Source: an uncultured Acidobacteriaceae bacterium (GTDB lineage Bacteria > Acidobacteriota > Terriglobia > Terriglobales > Acidobacteriaceae). From it: DNA of 64,000 bases. How positions within the stretch are numbered: the stretch's first letter is position 1; the number at the start of each line of letters is the position of its first letter. The notes under the pieces were generated by a model that worked only from the letters and a program-made list of their open reading frames with translations, did no database searches and was not told where the DNA came from. A program made the position numbers and the translations under genes. Where the stretch lies: assembly GCA_963784095.1 (NCBI GenBank), contig CAWAQC010000012.1, positions 281,832-345,831 on the forward strand, given 5' to 3'. Positions 36,962 to 47,224 of this stretch are shown in pieces.

Positions 36962-38548
36962 ATGGCATCGACGGCCAATTTGCGATCCCGGCGCAGCGCG
37001 GGGCAACTCCACGGACTGGCGGGAGTGGAGCGCGAGATCCGCGCTCAGGACTCGCAGAGCCGACGCAAGTATCTGCGCGAGTTCAGCCGCGCATTCCGCA
37101 GTTACGATTCCCTGCTGGATTCGCAACAGTTGCAGAGCGCGCTGCATGCTGCCGACGTGGTTTTGATCGGCGACTACCATGCGTTACCGGGGGCGCAGCG
37201 ATATGCGGCCTCATTATTAGAGCAGCGGGCGCTGGCTGGAGACCGGCCGGTGGTGCTGGGAGTCGAAACCATTTTCGCCCGCGATCAGCACATATTGGAC
37301 GAATGGTGGCGCCGCGAGATCGATGAAAGCGAACTGCGGCAGCGCATTCGGTTTGATATCGATTGGGGTTACGAGTGGGCTCCATTCCACGAATTGCTGC
37401 TCGCGGCCCGCGACCATGGCGAGGGCTTGTACGGTTTGGATTGCATGCCGCGCGAGAACTTGCGCAAGATCGGGGCACGTGATCGTCACGCCGCGGCGAA
37501 GATCGCCGAAATTCGGCAGCGCCATCCCAATGCGGCAATTTTCGTCATCTTCGGCGAGTCGCATCTTGCCCCTGGACATTTGCCCCGCGTGCTGCAGAAA
37601 GAAATGCCTGGGACGAAGATCCTCACCGTATTGCAGAATGTCGACGCATTGTATTGGCGCGCTGCAGGAGAGCCGGTCGATCGGGTTGAGGCCGTGCGTG
37701 TCTGCGACGATGTGCTCTGTGTTTTCAATGCCACGCCGCTCGAAAAATATGAGAGTTATCGGTTATTTCTAGACCAGTGGAGCCGCTGCGACAGCGGACC
37801 TGATTTTGCGCCGACTATTTACAATCTGATCGACAGCCTCGCCGCCTTTCTCGAAATCAATCGCTATTCGCCGCATAACGGCGCGCAGCCGAAATTTCTG
37901 GTCGACATGCTGCCCGAGGTTCACGGCAATTCTTCAGATGCTGTGCTGCGCCGCCTGCTCTCACGCAAAGGAATCACTGAGCAGCAAGTGGAGACCATGC
38001 TGGCAAAAGTCGAGGAACGCGGCTGCGCTTATCTCTCGCAGGTGAACGCGTTTTACGTTCGCGAATTTCAAATGATGCACGCCGCCGAAGATGCGGCCCG
38101 CTTCCTGCACCATGCTTGCCGAGGCTTGCCGTTGCGCTTGAACGGGCACTCTGTCGGAACAGAACGCTCAGAGAAGTCGACGCTTACGGTGGATGATTTT
38201 TACAGGCGAGTCGTGGAGGATGCCGTGGCCTACTTCGGGTCGCGAGTCCTTTATCCCGCGCGGCCGGCTTACGAGAACGAGGATTCTTTCGGGTTGTCGC
38301 GTGCCGCGTATGAAAGAGCAGCCAGTCTGGCGATTGACGGCGATGCTGAACATTTTGAATCCATAGCGCAGGATTTCGGCTACCGGCTCGGCAGCCAAAT
38401 CTATGATATTTACCTTGCGGGCAAAGTGAAGCCTGCCGGAGTGCGTCGCCTGTTCCTGGCACACCTCGAGGGACCGGGGCGTGCGCGCAAAGTCTGCACC
38501 GCTGTCATCTCCCGCGTACCCGCGGCCTTGCGTACGGCACGCGACTAA
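36962..38548 (+). CDS. ChaN/Tiki-like (haem-binding uptake family) domain protein with a long C-terminal extension
   Basis: ADVVLIGDYHALPGAQRYAASLL and IFVIFGESHLAPGHLP resemble the ChaN (Cofac_haem_bdg) motifs. The assignment is tentative. Confidence 0.45.
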   Translation: MASTANLRSRRSAGQLHGLAGVEREIRAQDSQSRRKYLREFSRAFRSYDSLLDSQQLQSALHAADVVLIGDYHALPGAQRYAASLLEQRALAGDRPVVLGVETIFARDQHILDEWWRREIDESELRQRIRFDIDWGYEWAPFHELLLAARDHGEGLYGLDCMPRENLRKIGARDRHAAAKIAEIRQRHPNAAIFVIFGESHLAPGHLPRVLQKEMPGTKILTVLQNVDALYWRAAGEPVDRVEAVRVCDDVLCVFNATPLEKYESYRLFLDQWSRCDSGPDFAPTIYNLIDSLAAFLEINRYSPHNGAQPKFLVDMLPEVHGNSSDAVLRRLLSRKGITEQQVETMLAKVEERGCAYLSQVNAFYVREFQMMHAAEDAARFLHHACRGLPLRLNGHSVGTERSEKSTLTVDDFYRRVVEDAVAYFGSRVLYPARPAYENEDSFGLSRAAYERAASLAIDGDAEHFESIAQDFGYRLGSQIYDIYLAGKVKPAGVRRLFLAHLEGPGRARKVCTAVISRVPAALRTARD

Positions 38549-38590
38549 GAAACTCTCGCCGCGAGTGCTAATCTAAACTCGTTCAGCTTC

Positions 38591-39352
38591 TTGCTGGGCG
38601 CGACCGTGAACGCCGAATCCATCCGCAGACTCTTCGAGCAAGTACGCCGGGGAAAGATTGCGCCGGATGAGGCTGTCGACCGTTTGCGCCACATGCCATT
38701 TGAAGATTTGGGATTTGCCAAGGTCGATCATCATCGTTCGCTGCGCGCGGGCATGCCCGAAGTCATCTTCGGAGAGGGCAAAACTCCTTCGCAAACGGCC
38801 GAGATTTTCGCACGCTTGGCCAAGCATGGTGGAAATGTGCTGGCGACGCATACCGATAAGAAGCAATTCGTCGCGGTGAAGAAAAAAGTGCGTGCGGCCG
38901 AGTATCGCGAACTTGGGCGAGCGGTCGTTCTGCAGCGCGATCCGCATGTATTTGGCAAAGGAACGATCGCCGTGGTTTCAGCGGGTACCAGCGACATCCC
39001 GGTTGCCGAAGAAGCAGTGGTCACGGCTGAGGTTATGGGCAATCATGTGGAGCACTTTTACGACATTGGCGTCGCGGGAATTCATCGTCTGCTGGCTAAT
39101 CGCGAAGCGTTGACGAAAGCTCGCGTGGTAATCGTATGCGCAGGCATGGAAGGCGCGCTGCCCAGCGTTGTGGGAGGGTTGGTTGGTGTCCCGGTAATAG
39201 CTGTGCCGACCAGCGTTGGCTACGGAGCCTCATTCAAGGGTCTGACAGCGCTGCTGGGCATGTTGAATTCCTGCGCGTCGAACGTCAGCGTGGTGAATAT
39301 CGATAACGGATTCGGCGCGGGGTACGTTGCGTCGCTGATTAATCGGCTGTAG
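38591..39352 (+). CDS. larB: nickel-pincer cofactor biosynthesis protein LarB (PurE-like NaAD carboxylase/hydrolase)
   Basis: The N-terminal helical region plus the PurE-like core [27 protein letters not shown]...[20 protein letters not shown]...[11 protein letters not shown]. Confidence 0.8.
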   Translation: MLGATVNAESIRRLFEQVRRGKIAPDEAVDRLRHMPFEDLGFAKVDHHRSLRAGMPEVIFGEGKTPSQTAEIFARLAKHGGNVLATHTDKKQFVAVKKKVRAAEYRELGRAVVLQRDPHVFGKGTIAVVSAGTSDIPVAEEAVVTAEVMGNHVEHFYDIGVAGIHRLLANREALTKARVVIVCAGMEGALPSVVGGLVGVPVIAVPTSVGYGASFKGLTALLGMLNSCASNVSVVNIDNGFGAGYVASLINRL

Positions 39353-39404
39353 GATTTGCCTGTTCGCCGCTGCTGCCGCGCCTTGGCGTTTCTGAAGGAG
39401 GCGT

Positions 39405-40025
39405 ATGGCTCGAATCGCTATCCTGGGGTGGGGTTCACTGCTGTACGATCCAGGATGCCTCGAAATACGGACCCCTTGGAGACGCGACGGCCCCTCCCTC
39501 CCTATTGAGTTCGCAAGAAAATCCGGATTGGGTCCGGACGGCTACGAGCGAACCGATAGGCTGCCCTACCTGTCGCTGGTGCTGTATCCGGGAGAAGGCC
39601 ATATCACTACGTACTGGACACTTTCTCTCATCCCGGATCTGGAGCGGCCACCAGGCGAGGCCGAGGGCGCCCGCGAAAACCTTAGGAGAAGGGAGGGGTG
39701 CCGGATCGATAGAGTTGAATATCTTGCTGCGCCGACTGGACCTGTGCGGCCAGATGTCCCCGGCGTCGATCGCGCAATTCAGAATTGGCTCGACTCCAGG
39801 CGTACGGAGATAGATATAGCCATCTGGACCAACCTGGAACCGAACCTGAACTCGCAGGAAGGCTTGACCCACGACGCGATTTCGTTTCTGGAAGATCTAC
39901 GCAAACGAGGCAGAGACAAGAAGGCGGAAGATTATGTGCGAAAAGCTCCCTCTCAGACTCAGACGCCACTTCGCAACGAGTTCCGAAAGCGATTCGGTTG
40001 GACGGACGTCGATGTCGGATATTAG
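39405..40025 (+). CDS. hypothetical protein, possibly gamma-glutamylcyclotransferase/ChaC-like fold
   Basis: The N-terminal IAILGWGSLLYDPG resembles the YGSLxW motif of the GGCT/ChaC fold, and there is a later RRREG. The assignment is weak. Confidence 0.35.
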   Translation: MARIAILGWGSLLYDPGCLEIRTPWRRDGPSLPIEFARKSGLGPDGYERTDRLPYLSLVLYPGEGHITTYWTLSLIPDLERPPGEAEGARENLRRREGCRIDRVEYLAAPTGPVRPDVPGVDRAIQNWLDSRRTEIDIAIWTNLEPNLNSQEGLTHDAISFLEDLRKRGRDKKAEDYVRKAPSQTQTPLRNEFRKRFGWTDVDVGY

Positions 40026-40219
40026 TCCTTAATGGCCACGCGATGCGCCACAAAGGGCGCGGCTCACGCCCCGCCTTGTCCCGCATTGGCCACCGAGCCA
40101 ACCTGCGTCCCCGGTTGATCTGCGGAAGTTCCTCTCAGTTCCAGTTTGTTCTCCACGCCGAATGCGCCGAGGGTTTGGTTGCAGCTGCATTTTTCCTATT
40201 GTGAAATCGCTGGTGCGGG

Positions 40220-41593
40220 TTAGTGGGTCCTGGTTGGACGAGAGCGCTTCGCGTTTCTGGCCGATTTCGCAGCGTTCTTACTTCCCTTTTCTCTGCCTCG
40301 TTTTCCGAACACGCGGGCAAAAATCTTGTCCACATTCTTTAGCTGGCGTGAAAGATCGAAAGCGTATTCGATCTGCCTGCGCGGAACTTTCGATGTTATT
40401 TCTTTATCGGCAAGCACCAACTCACGGAAGTCCAAGCCTTCTTTCCAGGCTCGCATGGCGTGTGCCTGCACAATGCGATAGGCGTCCTCTCGGGAGACGC
40501 CGTGCTCCACCAAGTCGAGCAGCAATTGTCCGCTGAAGATCAACCCGCGCGTGCTTTCCAGATTTATCAACATCCGTTCTGGATAAACAAACATCGTCTC
40601 GATCAGGTTGCTGGTCTTGTTGAGCAAGTAATCGATCAGTGTGGTCGAATCGGGCAGGATGATGCGCTCGGCGGATGAATGGGAGATGTCGCGCTCATGC
40701 CAGAGAGCAACGTTTTCGAATCCGGCCTGCGCATTCGAACGCACGACCCGCGCCAACCCGCTGATTTGCTCGCAGGTCACGGGATTGCGTTTGTGCGGCA
40801 TGGCGGAAGAACCTTTCTGCTTTTCGCTGAAAAATTCTTCGGCCTCGCGAACCTCAGTGCGCTGCAGATGGCGAATTTCAGTAGCAATTTTATCCAGGGT
40901 GGAAGCGATCACTGCCAGCGTTGCCAGATAATGCGCATGACGGTCGCGCTGGATTACCTGCGAAGAAACCGCCGCTGCTTTTAGTCCGAGGCGCGTGCAG
41001 ATTTTTTCTTCGATCTCGGGTGTGAGGTGGGCGAAGATTCCCACCGCACCGGAAAACTTTCCCACGCGCATGTCTTCGGCTGCAGATTTGAAGCGCGCGA
41101 TGTTGCGCTGTGTCTCGGAATACCAGTTGGCCAGCTTGAATCCAAATGTGATGGGCTCGGCATGGATGCCATGCGTACGGCCAACCATTGGCGTGTCTTT
41201 GAACTCCCATGCGCGGAGCTCGAGCACTTCGGCAAGACGCTGAAGATCGTCCGCAATCAGCGCCGACGCCTGTTTAATAAGCAACGCCTGGGCGGTGTCG
41301 ACCACATCATTCGACGTCAGGCCGTAGTGAAACCAGCGCGCTTCTGGACCGACGATTTCGGCGACGGCCGTGGTGAAGGCGATCACATCGTGGCGCACCT
41401 CGGCTTCGATCTCGTGGATGCGGGGCACGCTGAAATCGGCACGCTCGCGGATGGCGAGCGCCGCCTCTTTCGGCACCATGCCGGCCTCGGCTAAGGTTTC
41501 AGTGGCCGCAACCTCGACGGCCAGCCAGGTGCGAAAGCGGTTTTCATCGCTCCAAATCCGGCCCATCTCCGGGCGCGTATAACGCGGAATCAC
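40220..41593 (-). CDS. purB: adenylosuccinate lyase
   Basis: Fumarate-lyase superfamily signature GSSAMPHKRNPV, and PurB-type N-terminus MIPRYTRPEMGRIWSDENRF. The last ~30 aa (KRGREKGSKNAAKSARNAKRSRPTRTH) are encoded by a CGCGAAG-family repeat copy. Confidence 0.9.
   Translation of the reverse strand: MIPRYTRPEMGRIWSDENRFRTWLAVEVAATETLAEAGMVPKEAALAIRERADFSVPRIHEIEAEVRHDVIAFTTAVAEIVGPEARWFHYGLTSNDVVDTAQALLIKQASALIADDLQRLAEVLELRAWEFKDTPMVGRTHGIHAEPITFGFKLANWYSETQRNIARFKSAAEDMRVGKFSGAVGIFAHLTPEIEEKICTRLGLKAAAVSSQVIQRDRHAHYLATLAVIASTLDKIATEIRHLQRTEVREAEEFFSEKQKGSSAMPHKRNPVTCEQISGLARVVRSNAQAGFENVALWHERDISHSSAERIILPDSTTLIDYLLNKTSNLIETMFVYPERMLINLESTRGLIFSGQLLLDLVEHGVSREDAYRIVQAHAMRAWKEGLDFRELVLADKEITSKVPRRQIEYAFDLSRQLKNVDKIFARVFGKRGREKGSKNAAKSARNAKRSRPTRTH
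40242..40281. repeat. CGCGAAG-family repeat copy inside the 3' end of purB
   Basis: gagcgcttcgcgtttctggccgatttcgcagcgttcttac. It translates (minus strand) to KNAAKSARNAKRS, closely resembling KEFAKSAKKNANKNS from the copy at 34841-34935. Confidence 0.45.
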
Positions 41594-41672
41594 GCGGCTG
41601 CCCTCCTGCGCGCTGATGAAAGCGCGACCAAGGATTCTAAATGGGTATGAAGAAACAGGAAAGCGGCTGCGG

Positions 41673-42569
41673 TCATGCGCGCAGGAACGGGCGGGTCAGG
41701 CAGGTGGGTCCGCCGCTGCCGTTGATGCAGAGCTCGGAGCCGGTAAATGTGCGGATATCGAATCCGGCGTGGCGAAGTTTTGTATTGGTTTTCTCGTTTT
41801 CTGCGATTGCGAGCAGCCGATTATTGCCCAGGGCGAGCACGTTGCAAGCCAGCGTGTCGCGCTCCGAGGAATCGATTTCAATGAAGTTGAAACCGCGGGA
41901 TTTGAGAAGTTCGACCGTTTCTACCGCGAGAAACGGAAGATCAACTAACGCAGTGTGTTCGTCAAGAAGACTGATTAACGACATGAGATGCAGGCACGCG
42001 GATGGCCCGGGACCGTAAGGCAATGGCGCCGAAAGAACTTCAATGCCCTTTGGCGCGAGCAGGGCGCGAATACACAAGATACCGAATCGGTTGGTTCGGT
42101 AGCCCTGGCCGATCAGCAACGTTTTCGAATCGAGCCAAACAATGTCTCCCGCCTCGCCTGTGGCTGGGTGGGGCATCTTGTATAGCGTCGGGACGTTCAG
42201 GCGCAAAAGAAATTCGGCTTGGTGCGAGGCTTCGGTGATTCGATTGGGCTTGCCGGGGTGCATGACGATCACCCCGTAATCGGTGGGCAAAGATGCGTCG
42301 TGCGTGTAGACGGCATCGAGCGTGAGTCCGGGATCGGGAGGGAGTTCGACGATCTCGGCGTCGGCGCGTTGCAATTCTCGGCAGAGAATTTCGTGCTGCG
42401 CTTTAGCGATCACGAAGTCTGGGGAATGCTGGAAGCCTAGCTTCTGCCAGCGCGCGGCGCGCTCAGGCTGGTCCCATCCGGCAATACGAGGTGAGCAGAC
42501 CAGGACGCGTTGGAGCGGGGCGACCATGGAGTGTCCGTTGAAGGCTGCTTGGGTTGCCGAGTCGGGCAT
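41673..42569 (-). CDS. amidinotransferase-superfamily enzyme (DDAH / arginine-deiminase-related)
   Basis: 298 aa. The C-terminal nucleophile context CINGSGGPTCLTRPFLR is typical of guanidino-group-modifying enzymes. Confidence 0.6.
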   Translation of the reverse strand: MPDSATQAAFNGHSMVAPLQRVLVCSPRIAGWDQPERAARWQKLGFQHSPDFVIAKAQHEILCRELQRADAEIVELPPDPGLTLDAVYTHDASLPTDYGVIVMHPGKPNRITEASHQAEFLLRLNVPTLYKMPHPATGEAGDIVWLDSKTLLIGQGYRTNRFGILCIRALLAPKGIEVLSAPLPYGPGPSACLHLMSLISLLDEHTALVDLPFLAVETVELLKSRGFNFIEIDSSERDTLACNVLALGNNRLLAIAENEKTNTKLRHAGFDIRTFTGSELCINGSGGPTCLTRPFLRA

Positions 42570-42711
42570 TGGGCCTCACAAAGAATAAACCGGCTAAACC
42601 TGATTAGGAATCTAAATGGGCTTAACGGCAAAAGCAATCTGTCATGGTGCGATGCTGGCAGAACCGAGTCCTTTGCTGTGCTCATCGATTCGTTGCTAAG
42701 ATGTTTTTCTT

Positions 42712-43599
42712 ATGCCCCGCGGCATTACACCACGTCGACCCGCCCTAACCGGACGCCAAGATCGCGTAGCCGTCAGGTCATTTACGAAAGCCCATCCTGA
42801 TAATTCGGCGGTTAAGAGTGCCAGTGCATCGAGCGCCGCGAAGAATTCCGCTGCGACAGGCAAAGAACCACGTAGCAGGGCGAAGGGTTCAGGTGCAAAG
42901 GCACGTAAAACAACTCCCGCTTACGATCCAGTTGAGCCGAGCCGGGTGCATGAAATTCTGAAGCGCCTGGATGAGATGTATCCGGATGTCACCTGCGCGC
43001 TTACGCACAGCTCGGCGTGGGAACTGCTGGTCGCGACTATTCTTTCGGCGCAGTCGACGGACGTAAACGTCAATCGGGTCACGCCCGAGCTGTTCCGCAA
43101 ATATCCGACGGTCGAGGCGTTTGCGAAACTGGAGCCGGAACAATTGCAGCCCGATGTTCGATCGACCGGATTCTTCAGGAATAAGTCGAAATCGGTGGTG
43201 GGCGCGGCGAAGAAGATTGTCGCCGATTTCGGCGGCCAGGTGCCGATGAACATGCACGACCTGCTCACGCTGCCGGGAGTTGCGCGCAAAACCGCGAATG
43301 TGGTGCTGGGAACCTGGGGAAAAATTGCCGATGGCGTCGTCGTGGATACGCACGTTCGTCGCATCTCGCGGCGGCTTGAACTCACTACAAATAACGATCC
43401 GCAGAAAATTGAGCAGGACCTCATGCGCATTATTCCCCGCGAGAAGTGGATCCTGTTTGCCCATCAGATCATCTGGCATGGGCGCAAGCTTTGTTACGCC
43501 CGTAAACCGAAGTGCGTGGATTGCAAGCTGGAAGATACATGCCACGCCGCCGATAAAACCTGGAGCACCGTCGAGATGCACAAAAACGCAAAAGCGTAA
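42712..43599 (+). CDS. nth: endonuclease III with a basic low-complexity N-terminal extension
   Basis: HhH-GPD core (LLTLPGVARKTANVVLG) and the 4Fe-4S loop CYARKPKCVDCKLEDTC. It has a ~75-aa Lys/Arg/Ser/Ala-rich N-terminal extension. Confidence 0.85.
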   Translation: MPRGITPRRPALTGRQDRVAVRSFTKAHPDNSAVKSASASSAAKNSAATGKEPRSRAKGSGAKARKTTPAYDPVEPSRVHEILKRLDEMYPDVTCALTHSSAWELLVATILSAQSTDVNVNRVTPELFRKYPTVEAFAKLEPEQLQPDVRSTGFFRNKSKSVVGAAKKIVADFGGQVPMNMHDLLTLPGVARKTANVVLGTWGKIADGVVVDTHVRRISRRLELTTNNDPQKIEQDLMRIIPREKWILFAHQIIWHGRKLCYARKPKCVDCKLEDTCHAADKTWSTVEMHKNAKA

Positions 43600-43759
43600 C
43601 GAGCACGCGTGGTATTGGCCCACTCGGAAACCGGCCGCTCCGCACGGTTGCGGATTATTCCGGAAGCTCAACACACGAACCATTTTCGCCATAGTTGAGT
43701 TCTGAGTACCCTGCTAGGATTCTGTTCAAATCTCAATCGACTGACTTAGTGGAGCAAAA

Positions 43760-44950
43760 ATGGCCACTTGTCTAGCGTCGCCTCCGGCGCTTGAAATCGC
43801 ACAGCGACCCGTAACGCCGATTGCTCCTGACTGGTCGGTTCGCATTCCGGCTCTCGACGGCCTTCGCGGAATTGCAATCTTGCTGGTGCTTTTGCGGCAC
43901 GGAATTTTCGGACTTGAGTCGAACTCGGCATTCGTGCGTCACATCCTTGCAATCGGAAGACTTTCAGGCAGTGGCGTCGATTTGTTTTTTGTTCTTTCGG
44001 GATTTCTCATTGGCGGCATCCTGCTCGATGCGAGGGAGTCTCGTCACTATTACTCGACGTTCTATGCCCGCCGTGCGTATCGAATATTGCCCGTCTATTT
44101 CGCAGTATTGACTGTCTTCCTCTTTCGACACCTTCCCTTAGGTTCTTGGCGTCCGCTTGTAGGGCGGGTGTCGCCACTCGCAATCCCGTGGTTCGCGTAT
44201 CTCACCTTCACGCAGAATTTTTATATGGTTCACATTGGCTGGTTTGGACCTCCGGCCATGGTCGTGACCTGGTCGCTGGCAGTCGAGGAACAGTTTTATC
44301 TGGCCATTCCGTTGATCATCCGGAAGATTCGCCCTAATCGGCTGGCCGCGATGCTGTTTTCAGTAATCCTGATTACGCCTGTTCTGCGCGTTTTGTTGCG
44401 GCACACCATCGCAAATGGTGATTTTGCTTGTTTTGCGATGATGCCGGCGCGAGCAGACGCTCTCTGTTGGGGAGTGTTAAGCGCCTATCTGGTGCGCCGC
44501 CCGGGATTTTGGCAACAGCTCAAATCGCGGCGAGTTCTTCTGGGCACCCTAGTCTGGATTCTATTTGCCGGTGTTGCCGTGATGACTTATCGGGACTATT
44601 CAATTTTGTCTTTTCCCATGACCACCTGGGGTTACTCCTGGCTGGCTGTGTTTTACGCGTGTTGCCTGTTGTGCGTAGTCAGTTCGTCGTCAGGAATTTG
44701 GCATAGGGTCTTGTGCAATCCGATATTAATGCGACTGGGAACGCTCGCTTATTGCACTTATCTGATTCACTTTCCGTTGATGAAAGCCAGCCGCATCATG
44801 CTTTGCAGGTTCTTCCCATCGCATCCGGAATGTTCATACGTGTTTGGAGGAATTTTAGCGATCGCAATCTCCATCCCCATTGCAGCGCTTTCCTGGAAGT
44901 TCTTCGAAAAGCCGTTAATTCGCCGCGGACACAGATATCAATATGCATAG
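43760..44950 (+). CDS. acyltransferase family 3 (membrane O-acyltransferase)
   Basis: IPALDGLRGIAILLVLLRHG, WSLAVEEQFY, and ~10 TM segments. Confidence 0.8.
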   Translation: MATCLASPPALEIAQRPVTPIAPDWSVRIPALDGLRGIAILLVLLRHGIFGLESNSAFVRHILAIGRLSGSGVDLFFVLSGFLIGGILLDARESRHYYSTFYARRAYRILPVYFAVLTVFLFRHLPLGSWRPLVGRVSPLAIPWFAYLTFTQNFYMVHIGWFGPPAMVVTWSLAVEEQFYLAIPLIIRKIRPNRLAAMLFSVILITPVLRVLLRHTIANGDFACFAMMPARADALCWGVLSAYLVRRPGFWQQLKSRRVLLGTLVWILFAGVAVMTYRDYSILSFPMTTWGYSWLAVFYACCLLCVVSSSSGIWHRVLCNPILMRLGTLAYCTYLIHFPLMKASRIMLCRFFPSHPECSYVFGGILAIAISIPIAALSWKFFEKPLIRRGHRYQYA

Positions 44951-45024
44951 TCTTCTGATCGCGGAAACGCTCTCGATGGTTTCGCGGCTGATTTTGCACA
45001 GCATAACCGGCGTTCGTTCTCAAA

Positions 45025-46764
45025 ATGGCTGAGCCAATTAAACGCTTCCGCTGGTTCTACGTTGCAATCGCCGCATTGTTTGTCGTCCTGGCTTTGGTGC
45101 GAGTCGTCTTGAGCTACCCGCATACTGCTCAAACCTTCGACGAGCCTTACCATGTGGGCGCGGCCGTCGAGTTATGGAGTAAAGGAACGTACACGCAGGA
45201 TCCGCTGCACCCTCCGCTACAACGAATCGCAATCGGGCTTCCTCTTTTTCTTGCCGGCGTACGCTATCCGGCAGCCGAGGAGATTTCTCCCAAAGATCCG
45301 TTGGCTTGCGCGGTGGGAAATGCGGCTTTGAATTCAGGGGGGCACTATGCGCGAAATCTGATGCTCGCGCGCCTCGGAGTTCTGCCATTCCTGCTTCTGA
45401 GCTGCGCCGTCGTGTTTCTCTGGGCACGACGCGAGTACGGAAACGTTGCAGCTGTGGCAGCGGTGGCTCTGTACACCACTCTGCCGATTGTTCTGGCGTT
45501 CTCCAGCATCGCATATACCGACATGGTGGCTGCGGCAACGCAATTAACGGCGTTTTGGGCTTTTACCAACTGGCTGCAAAAGCAGAGTATGCGATCAGCC
45601 GTGTTGATGGGTATGGCCGTTGGATTGGCGCTGTTGGGGAAAACTACGACCTACCTCTTTTTCCCTGCAGCTGTGTTCGGCATAGTTGCGTTGAGGTGGG
45701 CCGTGATTCGCACCAACAAGGGCGAACCCCAGCAGATCTCGAATTTCTGGTTAAGGCAGGCTTCCGCGGCCGCAATCGTCGCAATCGTGGTGCTTTGGGG
45801 AGGTTACGGATTCAAGCTGCAGCATTTTCGAGAAGGCATGAATCTTTCGGGCAGCCCCATGCCCTCGTTCCAGCATTTTCCGGCGCCCTTGCGAGGCGCT
45901 GCACGCGGTCTTGTGGTCGCAGACCCGGTTGTGCCGGCGCCCGCACTGCTCCGAGGACTGGCCGATATCTGGCTCATGGAACAAAGCCGGCCAGACTCCT
46001 ATCTTTTGGGGCATCTGAAGCCGGGTGGCTGGTGGTATTTTTTCCTGGTCGGTATCGCGGTGAAGTCACCGATTCCATTTCTGATTCTTGTCTTCGCGAG
46101 CCTGATTTTCTTTTACCGCTTTCTCAAGGAAGGATGCTGGACCCCCATGGCGCCAGCGGCTTGTGTGGTTGCAATTCTGATGGTGACCATGCCGGTGAAA
46201 ATAAACTACGGCGTGCGGCATGTTCTTCTCCTATTTCCGTTACTTGCTGTTGTGGCGGGATACGGTTGTTCCCGACTGTGGAACTCGAACCTTCTGCATC
46301 GACGTGCAGCGATTTCAATTTTGGTGGTACTGCTGGCGTGGCAGGCTGTTTCAAGTGCGGATGCGAGTAGCGATTACATTGCCTATTTCAACCGGTTTGC
46401 CGGGCATGATCCTAGCCAGGTGATGGTCGCTGGCTGCGATCTGGATTGCGGACAGGATCTGTTGCTGCTGTCCCGAGAACTGCGCGAACGGCATGTGTCG
46501 CAGATGGCGCTTGCGCTTTGGACGAGCGCAGACTTGAGCAAAGCCGGCCTGCCTGAATTTACGATTGCGCAGCCCTACCAGCCGGTTAGGGGCTGGTTTG
46601 CAATCAGCTTGCGAGCGCTGCATGCCGGGGATCTTTTTCACACGACCTATCCTCAGGACTCATTCGCCTGGGTTCAGACATATCGGCCTGTCGTGCGTGT
46701 CGGCAAGACTATTTTGCTTTACAACATTGCTCCCGAAAAAACACTTTCGAGCGAATCGAGATAG
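45025..46764 (+). CDS. GT-C fold membrane glycosyltransferase (GT39/ArnT/PMT_2-like)
   Basis: Polytopic N-terminal half with FDEPYHVGAAVE in the first loop (DE motif of the ArnT/PMT type), and a soluble C-terminal domain. Confidence 0.65.
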   Translation: MAEPIKRFRWFYVAIAALFVVLALVRVVLSYPHTAQTFDEPYHVGAAVELWSKGTYTQDPLHPPLQRIAIGLPLFLAGVRYPAAEEISPKDPLACAVGNAALNSGGHYARNLMLARLGVLPFLLLSCAVVFLWARREYGNVAAVAAVALYTTLPIVLAFSSIAYTDMVAAATQLTAFWAFTNWLQKQSMRSAVLMGMAVGLALLGKTTTYLFFPAAVFGIVALRWAVIRTNKGEPQQISNFWLRQASAAAIVAIVVLWGGYGFKLQHFREGMNLSGSPMPSFQHFPAPLRGAARGLVVADPVVPAPALLRGLADIWLMEQSRPDSYLLGHLKPGGWWYFFLVGIAVKSPIPFLILVFASLIFFYRFLKEGCWTPMAPAACVVAILMVTMPVKINYGVRHVLLLFPLLAVVAGYGCSRLWNSNLLHRRAAISILVVLLAWQAVSSADASSDYIAYFNRFAGHDPSQVMVAGCDLDCGQDLLLLSRELRERHVSQMALALWTSADLSKAGLPEFTIAQPYQPVRGWFAISLRALHAGDLFHTTYPQDSFAWVQTYRPVVRVGKTILLYNIAPEKTLSSESR

Positions 46765-46955
46765 AGAGTTTGGAAGTAAAGCCTTACGATCCGGCAGTGT
46801 CGGCCATGCTGGGTTGCAGGTCCTGTGCAGCGGAGAACTTTTCGCAGCCAAGATCAAGGATAAAAGGATATCGGAGAGCCGATTTTGTGCGATGACGGAT
46901 TGGAAGAGCCCGAATCAGTGTTCGGACCGTTCTTCGCGGATAAGGCCCGCTCTGG

Positions 46956-47156
46956 CTAATCTGATTGGTCGTTATCTATCTGGAACAGAGCTGCTTGAGC
47001 TTCAGCATTCTCGCGGAGTTCATCCAAGTCATGGGTATTGCCAGGCTCTGGCTTATCCTGTTTTCGTTGATTCCTACGCTCGGCCTTGTCTCGCTGTTTC
47101 TGTTGGCGGGTCTGCTCTTTCTGACGCTTGGTAAAGGTCGATCGGCCTCTTGGCAT
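46956..47156 (-). CDS. small highly basic hypothetical protein (66 aa)
   Basis: A GGAGG SD lies 9 nt upstream of the ATG. The sequence begins MPRGRSTFTKRQKEQTRQQKQRDKAERRNQRKQ... and has an acidic C-terminus. The N-terminus resembles that of the ORF at 48177-48335. Confidence 0.5.
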   Translation of the reverse strand: MPRGRSTFTKRQKEQTRQQKQRDKAERRNQRKQDKPEPGNTHDLDELRENAEAQAALFQIDNDQSD

Positions 47157-47224
47157 ATTCTTCCCCTCCAGATTTTTCGTTCACCACTGTCCGGCAATTT
47201 GGCAGTCAAGTCTAGAACCCGCCG

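Noticed and set aside
42889-43692. 267-aa ORF antisense to endonuclease III
   Set aside because: The nth frame carries the HhH and 4Fe-4S motifs, while the antisense frame is Arg-rich with no signal.
45306-46370. 354-aa ORF on the plus strand in an alternative frame inside the GT39-like gene
   Set aside because: It has Arg/Gly/Cys-rich, low-complexity composition with no motifs. The overlapping frame (45025-46764) gives a coherent polytopic membrane protein, so this is a typical GC-rich shadow ORF.
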